From Gekko japonicus (Eukaryota): a DNA stretch of 64,000 bases. The notes beneath the pieces were generated by a model that was not told the DNA's origin, did no database searches, and saw only the letters and a list, made by a program, of their open reading frames with translations. How positions within the stretch are numbered: the first letter of the stretch is position 1; each line of letters begins with the position of its first letter. The position numbers and the translations under genes were made by a program. Of the stretch, positions 47,890 through 60,397 are shown in pieces. Location of the stretch: the NCBI RefSeq assembly GCF_001447785.1, contig NW_015170334.1, positions 217,356-281,355 on the forward strand, given 5' to 3'.

Positions 47890-49430
47890 AGCTCAAGCTC
47901 CTCCGTTTTAATTTAATTTAACCAGCTCCAAGGAATTAAAGAACTTTGGGCCTTCCCACCCTTGCCTGCTATGTGCAGAGAACATTGGACTGGTACCTCA
48001 GTAGCACCCGGAGATGCTGGCACCTCGGAAATTGCCACAGAAACCGCTGCCTTTTTTTCCCTCTGGTGTGGCCTACCTTCGATAGCTTTGTGGGTGAAGC
48101 AGCGGTTTGGCACGAGAGCCAGCCGGCGAATTGCTTTGCCAGCTGCCGGCGTAAGGTGGGCCTAACTGTGTGGCTGGGCGGAGCTCCGGGTTCTATCGAC
48201 CGCCCACCTCCCAACCTTTGGAGTGGCCCGGGATCATCCATAACCTCACTGTTTGAGGGTTTCACGGTGCAGCGCGGGGCCCTCCTGGAGGGTATATGGG
48301 TACCCTGCAGGACACCTAGGGCCTACTTCGGCTGTGCGTGTTGCCGCCAGTGTGCTGAGTCCTGTGCACAGTTATTGTTACAGTCTGGTTGGCAGCAGGG
48401 CAAGCGGAGGCGGCGGCGAGAGCGGGGGGCTGGAAGGCAGAGACCCAGAGCGGGCCTCCTGTTCCTGTGGAGATCATCTCTCCGGAGATGACCGAGTGAT
48501 CCATGTGGCGACTCGGTGGCCCTGTGACCAGCAACGGGCTAGTGCTAGTGCCGGCCGAGGGCTGGGGTTTGCTGGAGCACTGGATCGTCGGCCATGGGAG
48601 AGTACGGCCGGGCAGGGGACACCGGATCCAGCTGCGGCTCGCCTATGACCATCGGAGACGGATAGTAAGATCGGGAGTTTACAGGGACTCTGTGATGCGG
48701 CTGAGAGAACTGAGGGGCCGAAAACAACAGTGCCCCCTAGTGGCGACCATGAGAACTCCTCACATGCTGGAAGCTGCAGGGACTTCGGGTCAGAGTGGCT
48801 TGAGAGAACTGAGGGGCCAGAAACAATGGTGATCCTCTAGTGGCGTCCAGGAGAACTCTGCATGTTGGCAGGGAGGTCTCAGATCCAACACCACCTGGCA
48901 ATAAGGATGAATGTGAGTGGGTGACTGTGTGTGAATGATGGTTTGGCTTCTATTGATTGGAATGCTGGATGGATGAGCTGTTGACTGTGATTACGGAGGA
49001 TTAGGTGATTATATTGTTGTTATGATTGTGATTTTTGTCATGTTGTAGAAATTGTTATTCCGTAGTATGTACAGTTGGTTTAGTTGATACAAATAGATGT
49101 TTAGCAGCATTCTATTTATTTTGTTAGCAGGGAATTGGTTAGGTCTCCTGTTGCTTAGGACCGGTGTGTAGACCCTCCTGTCGCCTCTGGACCTGGCGTC
49201 TGAAGTACAATGAAGGCAGCCAGTGCGATTCAACTATGTCAGAGCAGCAGATTCCGGTGCTCTGGGGGAGGGGGAAGTTTAGCGGTGGGCCTAGGCAAGG
49301 TATTAAGGGAAGGACGCTGAGAAATAGTAAGGCTTGGTGCCCTTCCAGCCTACGGCTCATCCCAAACATAGCTGGGGCTAGGATGGATAACCCCCCTCCA
49401 TCATTGGTGCTGTGGTTTAAAGGAGTTAGC
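47890..49430 (+). mobile_element. GC/CpG-rich non-autonomous element, probably DIRS/Ngaro-derived
   Basis: Sharp compositional block; WIVGH..IQLRL resembles the start of the SGNH-hydrolase ORF of Ngaro elements. No RT or tyrosine recombinase recognised; terminal repeats not resolved. Confidence 0.45.
48728..48747 (-). promoter_or_regulatory. CTCF-like motif
   Basis: Reverse complement CGCCACTAGGGGGCAC matches the CTCF core CCAC(C/T)AGGGGGC. Confidence 0.45.
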
Positions 49431-50267
49431 TGAACTCTAGCACATGAGATTAATTCATGCCCCCTGTCTCATTTTGTTTCTAGCATGCAGTTTTTCAAAC
49501 CCTACTATAACCTAAATAGCTAGTCAATTTCTTTTGCTCCCTGTGGGTAATCTACATGTTTTTCAAAGGACTTTAATAGATATTTACATTATATGTCTTT
49601 TGAGAGATTCACTGATACTTTCTCTCTACAGTAAAGCACAAAAAATTATATCAACAGCAACAAGATTTAGTGGAGCATGTCTAACTAAAAGCATCTATTC
49701 TCTTTTCCTTGAAGTGGGATTAATGTGGAAGTCTACATTGTGCGACTAGAGCATGGAACCCCATATCTTCTAGAACTTCTATTTTTGTTTTTCAGAGCCA
49801 AACTGCAAACTCAGAGTAACGTCTAAACTGGGAATGAGGGCAGGGGGCACAAAATGCAACTGTTTCTTTGATAGCTTTTGTTTTATTATCAACAAAGTAA
49901 ATATGCAACGATTTACTTTATAATATCCACAGTGCACATATGGTCTGGTCTAAGCCCAATTTGGTTCAATGCCTTATTCATTGATCAGTGTGGAAGAACT
50001 GAGAGAACAAAACCTTTTTTATCATAGTTCAGCATACCAATACAGTAGCCGTAACAGCAAACTTTGTTATGCTTTGAAAATCTTAGATATCAAATGATCT
50101 CTTCATCCGCTTTTCAGTGAGACAAATAAAATACCAGTCTGCCTAATGAATTACAGAAACCATCAATTTCTTTCTTTGTTTTGACTGATCAAAATAAAGA
50201 TACATTTTGTGATGTTATTTTTTCAGACATCTATCCCCAGCATCTCCAGACCTAATAACCATACAAC

Positions 50268-50812
50268 GGTCCCGATCACACGGGCCTTAAAATGCGGGGG
50301 GGGGAGCGTGGCAGTTTGGCCCAAAGCAAAATAACATGCAGCCGCCCGATCACATGTCCCGTCAAGGTCCTGTGGGTATGGGGCAAGGTGGTGATCACAC
50401 GACGATCCTGCAGCGCGGCAAAGAAGTGGCACGGTGCGATCTCACCAACGGCATGCGCGATTCTGCAGAGCAACGGAACTTTCGCTTTCCTCTTCGTGCG
50501 CATGCACCGTTGGGTGCTTGTGCGCATCCTGTGGAGACTTGGGGGGGGGAAACCTGTTTGCGAGGGGACATGGGCGGGCGCCGGATGCCACGGACTACCA
50601 CCGGAAACGCGATCAGATGCCAGCCCTTGCCCCGCGGTTTCCGGAAACTAGTACCTCGGAGGTACTAGTTTTTAACTCCGCATCTTCGGCGGGAAGCCTC
50701 AGGTTCACCATGGGAGCTCTACGCTTCCCAGATGTTGCGGTGTGATCGCGCCCGGAAAATCCGCCTATCATCCGTCTCAGTAGCGTGGCTACTGCTCCGT
50801 GTGACCGCAGCC
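50268..50812. mobile_element. PIF/Harbinger MITE (same family as 45155)
   Basis: TIRs GGTCCCGATCACACG / CGTGTGACCGCAGCC; TSD AAC/AAC. Confidence 0.9.
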
Positions 50813-50964
50813 AACGTATCTCTGCTCATAATTCCACTGGCAATAGCCATTGGTATCAACTGTGGTTGTATTTACCTTAACTAAGAAAGTGCCAAACGAT
50901 ATTTAAGTGCCCAGGGATCATTTTCAAAAAGGGTAAGGAGCTGGCAGGCACAGCTACAATGGTT

Positions 50965-51169
50965 AATGCTCCCTCTAAGCTGTGGAGTCTTAAGAGCAAA
51001 TATTCTACTTTGTGAACTACTGGCATTAAAGCTGTGAGCAAGCGATTTGGCTACTGCATAAATTAGTTTGCTCTGGAGCCATCCTTCCTGAGCTAAGACA
51101 AAAATGTGTGATCCAGAGGATTAAAAACTGTGAGCTAGCTCACACTAACTCAGCTTAGAGGGAACACTC
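50965..51169. mobile_element. Small hAT-type MITE (same family as 61329)
   Basis: CTCCCTCTAAGCTG..CAGCTTAGAGGGAACAC. Confidence 0.8.
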
Positions 51170-51399
51170 AGCTTGCAGTCCTACCTCCTTTCCTAGGAGA
51201 GAACTTGCCCTTTTAAATATGAAGGGGCTGCTGCTATGATTTCCTAATGGTAGGCACCCAGCAGCAGCAGTGGGAGCTGCCCCATTTTGTCCACCAGTAA
51301 CAACCATTTATTTTTCTGTTTGTTTAAGGAATTTATATGTCATCTTTCCAGAGACTTGCTTGAGAAATGGGAGACCTCCCTAGCAGCCTCTGAGTCACC

Positions 51400-53290
51400 T
51401 CCAATAGTGTGAAGGAGGCTTCAAGGGCTTTGTTTGGTCTGTTTTTGGACCACTTCTACTCGCTCTCTTTGTTGGGTGTTGACTGGGTCCTCCTGACTGC
51501 TGTAAAGCCAACAACCTGCTCCTTGGATCCCTGACCCTCCTGGCTGGTTAAATCCTGTCATGATATGTTAGGAAGCGTCCTGGGGGAGATTGTTACTTTG
51601 TCTCTCTCTCTCAGGGTTGCTTCCCTTGTTCCTTGAAGGAGGCTGTAATTAGACTTCTATTGAAAAACCCTTCCTTAGATTAAAAAAAGACATAGCCAAT
51701 TACCGCCCTGTATCAAATTTGCCATTCTTGGGGAAAGTAATTGAGTGAGCAATGGCTGAGCAACTCCAGGCTTCCCTGGATAAGACCTTTGCAGCTGACC
51801 CTTTCCAGTCTGGCTTCAGGCCTTCTTTTGGGACAGAGATAGTGCTTACTGCTTTGGTAGATGACCTCCGGCTTCATTTGGACCAAGGCAATTACATGCT
51901 GCTAATTTTATTAGATTTGTTGGCAACTTTTGACACAGTTGACCATTTGGTTCTGGTCAACCTTCTGGCCTCACTGGGGGTGTGGGCTACTGCCCTGAAG
52001 TGGTTTTCCTCATTCCTTCAGGGACACTTTCAGAGGGTTGTCATTGGGGACAAAAGATCTTCCATGTGAGCACTAGACTGTGGTGTTCCACAGGGTTCAA
52101 TCTTGTCCTCAGTGTTGTTTAATATGTGTGTGTGTGTGTGTGTGTGTCCTCTAGCAGAGGTCATCAGGAGATTTGGTGCTGGGCGCCATCAATATGCTAA
52201 TGATACCCAACTCTTCCTCCTGCTGANNNNNNNNNNNNCTGCTGAATAAGGAACCAGAGACAGATCTCTCAACCTTGAGCCAGTGGCTGGATGCCTGGTT
52301 GGATGGTTGTGAGAAGGGCTGATTGAATCTGAATCCATCAAAGACAGAAGTCATGTGGCTGGGAAGGGCTGGGCCAATGGGAGGGATACAGCTCCCAGCT
52401 CTTGATGGGGCCAGCTGTCACTGGTGGACTCCTTGGAGAGCTTGGGTGCATGGCTTGATGCCTCACTTTCTCTAGACAAACAGGTATCCACAGTGGTGAG
52501 GCCTGTGTTTATCTGTCTTTACCAGCCATGTTAGCTGGCCCTCTATCTATCTCAGTCAGATATGGCAACAGTGATTCATGCCATGGTCACCTCCAGACTA
52601 GACTACTACAATTTGCTCTATGCAGGGGTGCCCTTGAAGATTCTCTGGAAGCTTTGGGTTATTTAGATTGCATCTGCTAGACTTTTGACTGGTGCATTGT
52701 AGTCTACACACATACAGCCAATCCTGAGGCAACTGCACTGGTTGCCAATTGGTTTTTGGACCAAATTTAAGGTGCTGATCTTAACCTTTAAACCCCTAAA
52801 TGGTCTGGGACCATCATACCTGAAAGACCACTTCTCCTGCTATGATTCCCCACTTTCCTTCATCACTCAGTCTTTTGGTGATGCCCGGCCCTCAAGTGGC
52901 TCACCTGTCTTCTACCAAGGCAAGGGTCTTCTCTGTGATGGTCCAGTCCTGGTGGAACACTTTATCAAAGGACACATGTACACTGTGGGACCTTATTAGC
53001 TTCCACAGGACTTGCAAGACAGAGCTCTTCCAAAAGCCATTTGATTAGTTATTGTGTATGTCTTGCAATTCTTGTTTCCACCAGATCATTTTACTGTTGG
53101 GTTGTTGGATGCAGCTATGTTTTAAGAGAGATTTAGGTAGTTGGTTTTAAATTGTGTTCTATACTTATTATTCTTATGGCCTTTGATTGTTGTCTATTGA
53201 ATTGCATTTTACTTTGTTGTAAACCATCCTGAGCCTTGCTTGTTAAGGGAGAGATGGGATATAAATTTGATAAATGAAAGAAATAAATTA
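51400..53290 (+). mobile_element. L2 LINE ORF2 (RT domain to 3' end), decayed
   Basis: PTTCSLDP, NYRPVSNLPFLGKVIE, QSGFRPSFGTE, LLDLLATFDTVDH, GVPQGSILS, YANDTQL (cf. YADDTQL), TSRLDY, LHWLP; (TAAA) tail. Confidence 0.95.
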
Positions 53291-53429
53291 GAGTAAATTC
53301 TATTTGTAAAGGGTTATCCAGAGACTTAAGAGGGAATGACAGCCATTCTTGGACTTATCCTGCTACCATTGACTGTGTTTGTTGGTAAACTCCCTGCTAG
53401 TCCACTGGTTCAGGAAGAGCCCAACAATA

Positions 53430-54790
53430 CTCAACAGACTCATTATTCCTGTTATTTGTTTGATTCTTTGGAGTACTTCTATGCCACCTCTTCAGAGACC
53501 TGCTCAGGGCAGCTTACAATTAAAAAACACAGCAAAAAATAAGCCATTAAAAACAAGCCATTAGATATATCAGCAGCATAAAAGCTGTCCGTAAAACAGA
53601 CTAGACCAACTGATAAGATAAACTCCCTAACTAAAAGCCTGGGTAAAAGATGTACTTTAGCTTAAAAGAAATTAAGGTAGGTGCCAAGTAATCCTCAGTG
53701 GGGAGGGCATTCGAAAGGCCCTGTCTCTAGTGCCCAGAATTTGTGCCCAGAAATACATGGGTAGCCACTGGAGATCTTTCAGCACAGGAGTAATACATTC
53801 TCTGTAACTAACACCTGAAGTTTCCAACCCATTTTCAAAGGCAGTCCCATGTAGATCAATTACATGGATCACTGTGGCCAGATGAAACTTTTTGAGGCAT
53901 GTCCAAAGCTGAGAAAACAGCCGGAGCTAATTAAAGGAGCTATATGCCACAGAGGAGACCTGAGCCTCCACCCATAGGCCAGGATCTAATAGCACAAGGG
54001 GTGTGCATTCGGCATAAACTGAACCAAATAAATACCCCAAAACTACCTTGTTGGTTATTTTTCAGGTATTAATTCAGCCGACCTACAGTTCAAAGGATCT
54101 GAGTCATCTACCAATATAGTCAGCTTATTTAGCCAGTTTGTTTAGGCTTTAATTCAGGTTAGCTATACCAAGGAGAGGATCAGCTGGAGCTGAGAGCTCT
54201 GTGTCACCTTGGCTGATTGGCTCATTAAGCCAGATCTGTGTGTGGCGGGAAGAGACCTCCCCACCATACATAGATCTTGGGACACCTCCTGGCCTGCGGT
54301 TTAGACCACAGGGCAGGAGAACTCTCTCAGCCAGGTCTGTGTACAGCAGTGAGAGACCTCCCCTCCACATGTAGATCCTGGGGCCAGCTTCTCCTGCCCT
54401 GCAGTTTAAATTGCCAGGCAAGATAACCCTCCCAGCCATGTCTGCATACAGTGGTGAGAGACCTCCCCATCACACACAGATCTTGGGGCCAGATTCTCCT
54501 GCCCGCTTGTTTAAATCACATTACAATCGAGCCAGAAAAATCCAGCAATCCTGAATATTTCCTGAATCCCAATACCATACCAATATTGGGATTCAGAAAT
54601 ATCAGGAAATACTGATATTTGTTGGGTTCAATATATCTGTACCCAAAAAATACTGATTTCTTTGTGCACACCCCTAAGTAGCACCTCCAAACTGAATCTG
54701 CTCCTTCAGGGGGAGTTCAAGCCCTTCCACCATCTGAAAGTCATCCATACAACTAAGACCATTCTGCACTCCAATAACATCCTGAGATTG
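53430..54790 (-). mobile_element. Decayed L2 3' fragment interrupted by a hAT MITE
   Basis: ECITPVLKDLQWLP..RDRAF; GCTCAGGGCAGCTTACA terminus. Confidence 0.7.
53996..54676. mobile_element. Non-autonomous hAT element with ~100-bp internal tandem repeats
   Basis: TIRs AAGGGGTGTGCA / TGCACACCCCTA; TSD AATAGCAC/AGTAGCAC. Confidence 0.82.
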
Positions 54791-55310
54791 AACAGTCCAA
54801 ATGTGGTGTCTAAGTCGTGGCAATTTTATCTGCAGTATGCATTTGACTTTTCTTCACTGCCGTTACTGCCACAGGGTAGGCATGATAATGTTCTCTCATG
54901 ATAATGTTCTCTCACTTATTGGGTAGCATTTGTTTTTTCTCCTCTTGTGCTCTAACTATTTGCTCAACCGTTTCATTAACTGAAGCTCCTTAGTAAACCA
55001 AGGGGCATTTCCAACTCCACGGAAGCAGAGAGCACACTCAGGGGCAATCCGGTCTACAGCCTGGGTCATCTTCATATTCCATAGGTCAACCAAGCCTACA
55101 ACAGGAGCACCACCCTTGCTGTCCAGAAATTCCCTCTGGATCTATCACCCTCCTAATTTCCCCCCTAACCTTTCAGAGTTGAGTGTCTGTGAGTCTAAAT
55201 TTTAACAGTTAATGGTTGGCACAGTGGGAAATTCCTTCATTACCAAACCTCATTCCCAAAGAAAACCAAATCAAGTATATGACCTGCTGTATGTGTATGT
55301 GCCAGCAGGT

Positions 55311-55960
55311 CATAAGAACATAAGAGACGTCAATGTTGGATCAGGCCAAAGGCCCATCCAGTCCAACACTCTGTGTCACACAGTGGCCAGAAATACCAGT
55401 GCCATCAGGAGGTCCACCAGTGGGGCCAGGACATTAGAAGTCCTCCCACTGTTGACCCCCCCCCCAGCACCAAGAAGACAGAGCATCACTTGCCCCAGAG
55501 CCCCTTTCTATACCTTGTGGCTAATAGGCACTGATGGACCTCTGCTCCATATGCTTATCTAATTCCCTTTTGAAGCCGTCCATGCTTGTAGCCGCCACCA
55601 CTTCCTGTGGCAGTGAATTCCATGTGTTAATCACTCTTTGGGTGAAGAAGTACTTCTTTTTATCCGTTCTAACCCGACCGCTCAGCAGTTTCATGGAGTG
55701 CCCACGGATTCTTGTATTGTGAGAAAGGGAAAAAAGTACCTCTTTCTCTACCTGCTCTATCCCATGCATTAACTTATAAATTTCAATCATGTCTCCCCTC
55801 AGTCGTCGTTTCTCCAAGCTAAAGAGCCCTAAGCGCTTTAACCTTTCCTCATAGGGAAAGTGTTCCAACCCTTTTATCATTCGAGTTGCCCTTTTCTGCA
55901 CTTTTTCCAAAGCTATAATATCCTTTTTAAGGTGTGGTGACCAGAACTGCGCACAGTTCT
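55311..55960 (-). mobile_element. CR1 LINE 3' end
   Basis: ORF 55521..55910 EKVQKRATRMIKGLEHFPYEERLKRLGLFSLEKRRLRGDMIE..FFTQRVINTWNSLP; (TTCTTATG)n tail. Confidence 0.95.
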
Positions 55961-56019
55961 ATGTGGTGACAGAACTGCACACACACAGTCATACACTTGA
56001 TTTGGTTTTCTCTGGGAAT

Positions 56020-56225
56020 AAGGTACATGGTATGCATGGGTACCAGAATGTTCTGGGACAGTTCCATGGTTGTCATGGTCGCCATGAAGTTCTGCACTGG
56101 TCCTGTTAGGGCAGCCTCAGCATGAACATTGAAGTTCCCAAGGACAACAAACCTCAGGGTTCTCAACATCAAGTCTAAGATTGCCTCTGTGAGTTCAGGC
56201 AGGGAGACTACTGGTCATCAGGGTG
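56020..56225 (-). mobile_element. L2 endonuclease-domain fragment
   Basis: LRFVVLGNFNVHAEAALTGPVQNFMATMTTMELSQ. Confidence 0.75.
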
Positions 56226-56527
56226 GTTGTCTACTAGTGACTTGGTTCTGGATATGAGTGCGCCAACAGAAGCTGAATCCAGATATGACTAAAGTAATAA
56301 TCTGCAAACCTTGCTATTTGTCAGTGATGGGAATGCCCAAAATTGGTGGGTGTCCCCATTGATTGTACAGCAAGGCAAGGAAAACAAATGGTATTGATGA
56401 GTCTTGGGGATGACTCTTCATGCCTATATGTTTAACATGAAACTATCTAGTAATAATTTCATTATGAATTATTATTGATTTCCCCCCTGTAAAATTATTT
56501 GTATAATATAGTGTTCTGGCTTAAAAA

Positions 56528-56727
56528 ATATAAGAAGAGCCCTGCTGATTCAGACCAGTGGTTCGCCTGGTCCAGCATCTTGTTTCACACAGGGGTCCAG
56601 CAGTTACCCTGGAGGGCCAACAAGCAGGGTACTGAGGCCAAGGCCTTCCTCAGTGTTGCATCCTAGCACTGGTATTCAGAGTTTTGCAGCCTCTGAATAG
56701 GGAGACTTCCTTTAGTCACTATGGCAT
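56528..56727 (-). mobile_element. CR1 3' UTR fragment
   Basis: ATAAGAAGAGCCCTGCTG..TCCAGCATC. Confidence 0.7.
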
Positions 56728-57550
56728 AAGAAGCTTCTGTCAGGAAAGAGCCATTGGGAATGTATTATGGGACTCCAGCATCTTTAGTAGCTTCCTATAA
56801 CTCCCTACCCTTATTTCATGATCCTTAATTGGACCAGTTCAGTTATAACTAACTTACATATGCATTCAGCTGCCTCTGTCCCTGCTCCAGTACAGTCTGT
56901 TAGCTCTCATACGTGGCCTATGTTATCTTGCACAGATTGCTATGTGAGAACAAAAGGGAGAAATGGGAGGGGGCGCAATTATCACATTCCCCCTTATGTA
57001 ATATTCACCACTCACAAGCTGTGAAGGATCAGCTATGTCATCTGTGTCTCTAGCTTTTTATGGCAGCTAATGTTTGCAACACTGTCAATACTCTATCCAT
57101 GTATTTGTTGTTGTTGTTGAGATTTTGAACAAACCAGCATATGGAACCTCAGCCAACCAGAGTTCACAGGCTAGTCAGTTTAGTTTGCTTCATATATTAG
57201 GTGAGTAACCTGCATTTTCCAAAGTCTCCTAATAGATACTTGCATAATTTATATTTTGAGATGTCCATTGATGGACTTTGCATAATTAAACACAACAAGA
57301 GCAGCAAAGTCAATAAAGTACGTTGTCATGTTTTGTGAAGTTCATTATGGGTTTCCTGTGTCCATTTTGGAAATGGAAATTGGCTATAAGTGATTGATTA
57401 AAAAATATAAAGGTCACTTTAGTGTTTTGAATAAAGTTAATAAAATCAGGTGCTATTATAAACCATTTTGATTCCTAATAAACCATTTTGATTCCATCTC
57501 TATCAACTTTGCACCTACAGGTAATAACAAGAAAAAACATTTCTTGTGGT

Positions 57551-58354
57551 TAGGGATGTGCATTTAGTTCAGACGAAATGAAAAAACCAAATAATGCCTA
57601 TTCTGCATTATTCAGCCCATCGAAAGCCGAATCAGATTAGAGAATCTGATTCGGATGGCCGAACATGGATTCCCCGAACGGATGTCATATATTTGGCATC
57701 CATTCGGGGAATCTCTTTGTTGGGTGAGGGAAGGCAGGGGGAGGCATTTAAATGCCTCCCTGCTCCTTCCAGGGCCTTCCCTGACTCGCCCACCTTGGCG
57801 GGCAGGCCAGGGAAGGCAGGGGAGGTCTGCAGGCCTTTGCCGGATCACCCGCTTTGGCAGGCGGGCCAAGGGATGCACAGGGCAGGCCAGGGGAGGCACT
57901 CTCCTGGGCCTTTCCTGGCTTGCCCACCTCAGCGGATGGGCCAGGGATCGTGGGGGGCTCACTCTAGGCCTTCCTGGCTCGCCAGCTTCAGCGGGTGAGC
58001 CGGGGGGGGCAGCGGGCTCCCATCAATGAAGGGAGCATGCCGCCTCTGCGGTGCAACTGGTGGGTTTAAACTTTAACACTCAAGTCACGCCACAGAGGCA
58101 GCACGTTCCCTTCATTGAAGGGAAGGCAATTTGTCTTCCCTTCAGTGATAGGGAACCCCCCCCCTTCAAGGGGGGGATTATTATCCCCGTAGGGTATAAT
58201 TGAGCCGAATGTGATTTGGCCGGCCGAATGCCACCCCAATCGGCTTGCATTGCCAAAAGTGGCATTCAGGGGTCATTCGGCTGGCCAAATCACATTAGGC
58301 CCCATTCGGCCGAATCCAAATGGGCCATTTTTAAAAAAATTTTGCACATCCCTA
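57551..58354. mobile_element. Non-autonomous hAT element
   Basis: TIRs TAGGGATGTGCA / TGCACATCCCTA; TSD CTTGTGGT/GTTGTGGT; subterminal (G)CCGAAT repeats. Confidence 0.9.
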
Positions 58355-59697
58355 GTTGTGGTTACATTTAATCTCACAATAACCAGAGATATAGCACTCC
58401 AGAGGAATGTTCACTTTTTGTGTGAGATTCATGCCATATCCTAAGTGGCACTAGTGACTGAAAATAAATACTACTGAAATAAAATGAGCTTAGGACTGTA
58501 GCCTAAGTTTAGTTCGCTTCAATGGGATGTGACATCTAATGAGTGCAAAGCTGGAATGAAATCTGCTATGTCATCTTAAGGGTCAGGTTTTTGAACACAA
58601 CTCTATGGCAGTCTTGCCACAGACCCTTTGTACCAATCCCCCAATGGCAGCTATCCCCTAATGACACCGTAATTACATTGCAAAAGTGAGAACTAACCAT
58701 TTAAACAGCCATGCAGCCACATTTGACTCAAGGATGCATTTTCCCCCTTTCATGCACAGAGCTGATTATTGCCCAGGAATATCAATGTATACAAAATAGC
58801 AGTATATTGTATGTGGCTTTATTCTGTAAGGTATTTATTCTGAAATCAGTTCTGTTTTTCATTCTTGCTTGTTTACCACCATTACAACGATCTTGATCTG
58901 AGTATTCTTCATCCTGCTGGATGAGATAAAGGTTCATTGGTTTCACAGCATGCTTTTAATAAGATAATGTTTCCAACCAGTTTGGTGTTTCTACATGAAA
59001 TACTTTTTTCTCAGTACAGATATGCAACCGACTGATGATGCTAATCAACCCTGCTGTCAATAACTGTCAACTGTGACAGAGCTAAGGTTCTGGTTGGCCG
59101 GATAAACCTGTCAATGTGAAATAGGGCGGATGCCTGCTGAATGTTTGCCAAACTAATGCCTAAGAAAAAAAGATACTCAGCAAAACGTTTTGTGCCACAG
59201 CATGCTTGATGCAGCTTGATACTTAACCCTACTAAGTTTCATTCTAACACTAAAATTACTTCCTTAAAAATAATGTCTTTTGATTGTTTCATTTCTTCTG
59301 GGCGATGATGATCGCCAAATAAACTTTTCCTGTAGCCAATTAATTTATCATATGAAATAGAAAGTTTCCAGGGTAGCTATTACATAAATATGTGCAATGT
59401 AGTGGTCTTATTGAAGATGTTCTTTTCAGTAAAGCAGAATATCTACCCAAGCCTGCCTCAGACTTTTGTCTGTTTTTCTTTGTCATGTAATTACATCCAC
59501 AAACTCCTGGGTTGTTTTCCCCCCCAGTATCATTGGAGAGACACAACCAATATTATAACATAAGGCAGTGGGTGAGACAAAGAGCAGTCCAGATTCACCA
59601 GCCTGCTTTCAGAGTTACAGTTGACAGACTGAGACTCAGTGGTGTCCTTAGAATTCTAAGGCCTGTTTCATTGTTAGCTGAGCCAAGGAAGCATATT

Positions 59698-59957
59698 GGT
59701 TTGGTGTAGTGGTTAAGAGCAGTGGACTCTAATCTGGAGAACTGGGTTTGATTTCCCCCTTTCTCCACATGCAGCTGCTGGGTGACCTTAGGTCAGTTAC
59801 AGTTTTCTCAGAGCTGTTCTCTCAAGAGCAGTTCACAGTCAGAGCTCTCAACCCTACCTACATCACAGGGTGTCTGTTGTTGGGAGAGGAAGGGAAGGAG
59901 TTTGTTAGCCACTCTGAGACTCTGAGTGAAGGATGGGGTATAAACCCAATCTTCTTT
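59698..59957 (+). mobile_element. Squam3-like tRNA SINE
   Basis: A and B boxes; same family as 9557. Confidence 0.85.
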
Positions 59958-60200
59958 AATTTTATTTATGATATATTACAAGAATTTATGCCTTACCTTC
60001 CTGCCCTGATTAGAGCCACCAAGGTGGCTAACAGATTAAAAAAATAATAAAAACACATCTTAAACATAACCAAATACTTAATTTTGATATGAGTACATAA
60101 ATATGCTCACTGCCAATAATTAATATACTTCAGTGAAGCCACTGAAGTCTACACACCCAATTAAATATATATGATTTGTGCTTAAATGAGGATAGTAGGG

Positions 60201-60397
60201 NNNNNNNNNNNNNNNNNNNNNNNNNNNNNNNNNNNNNNNNNNNNNNNNNNNNNNNNNNNNNNNNNNNNNNNNNNNNNNNNNNNNNNNNNNNNNNNNNNNN
60301 NNNNNNNNNNNNNNNNNNNNNNNNNNNNNNNNNNNNNNNNNNNNNNNNNNNNNNNNNNNNNNNNNNNNNNNNNNNNNNNNNNNNNNNNNNNNNNNNN
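60201..60397. other. Assembly gap
   Basis: Run of N. Confidence 1.
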
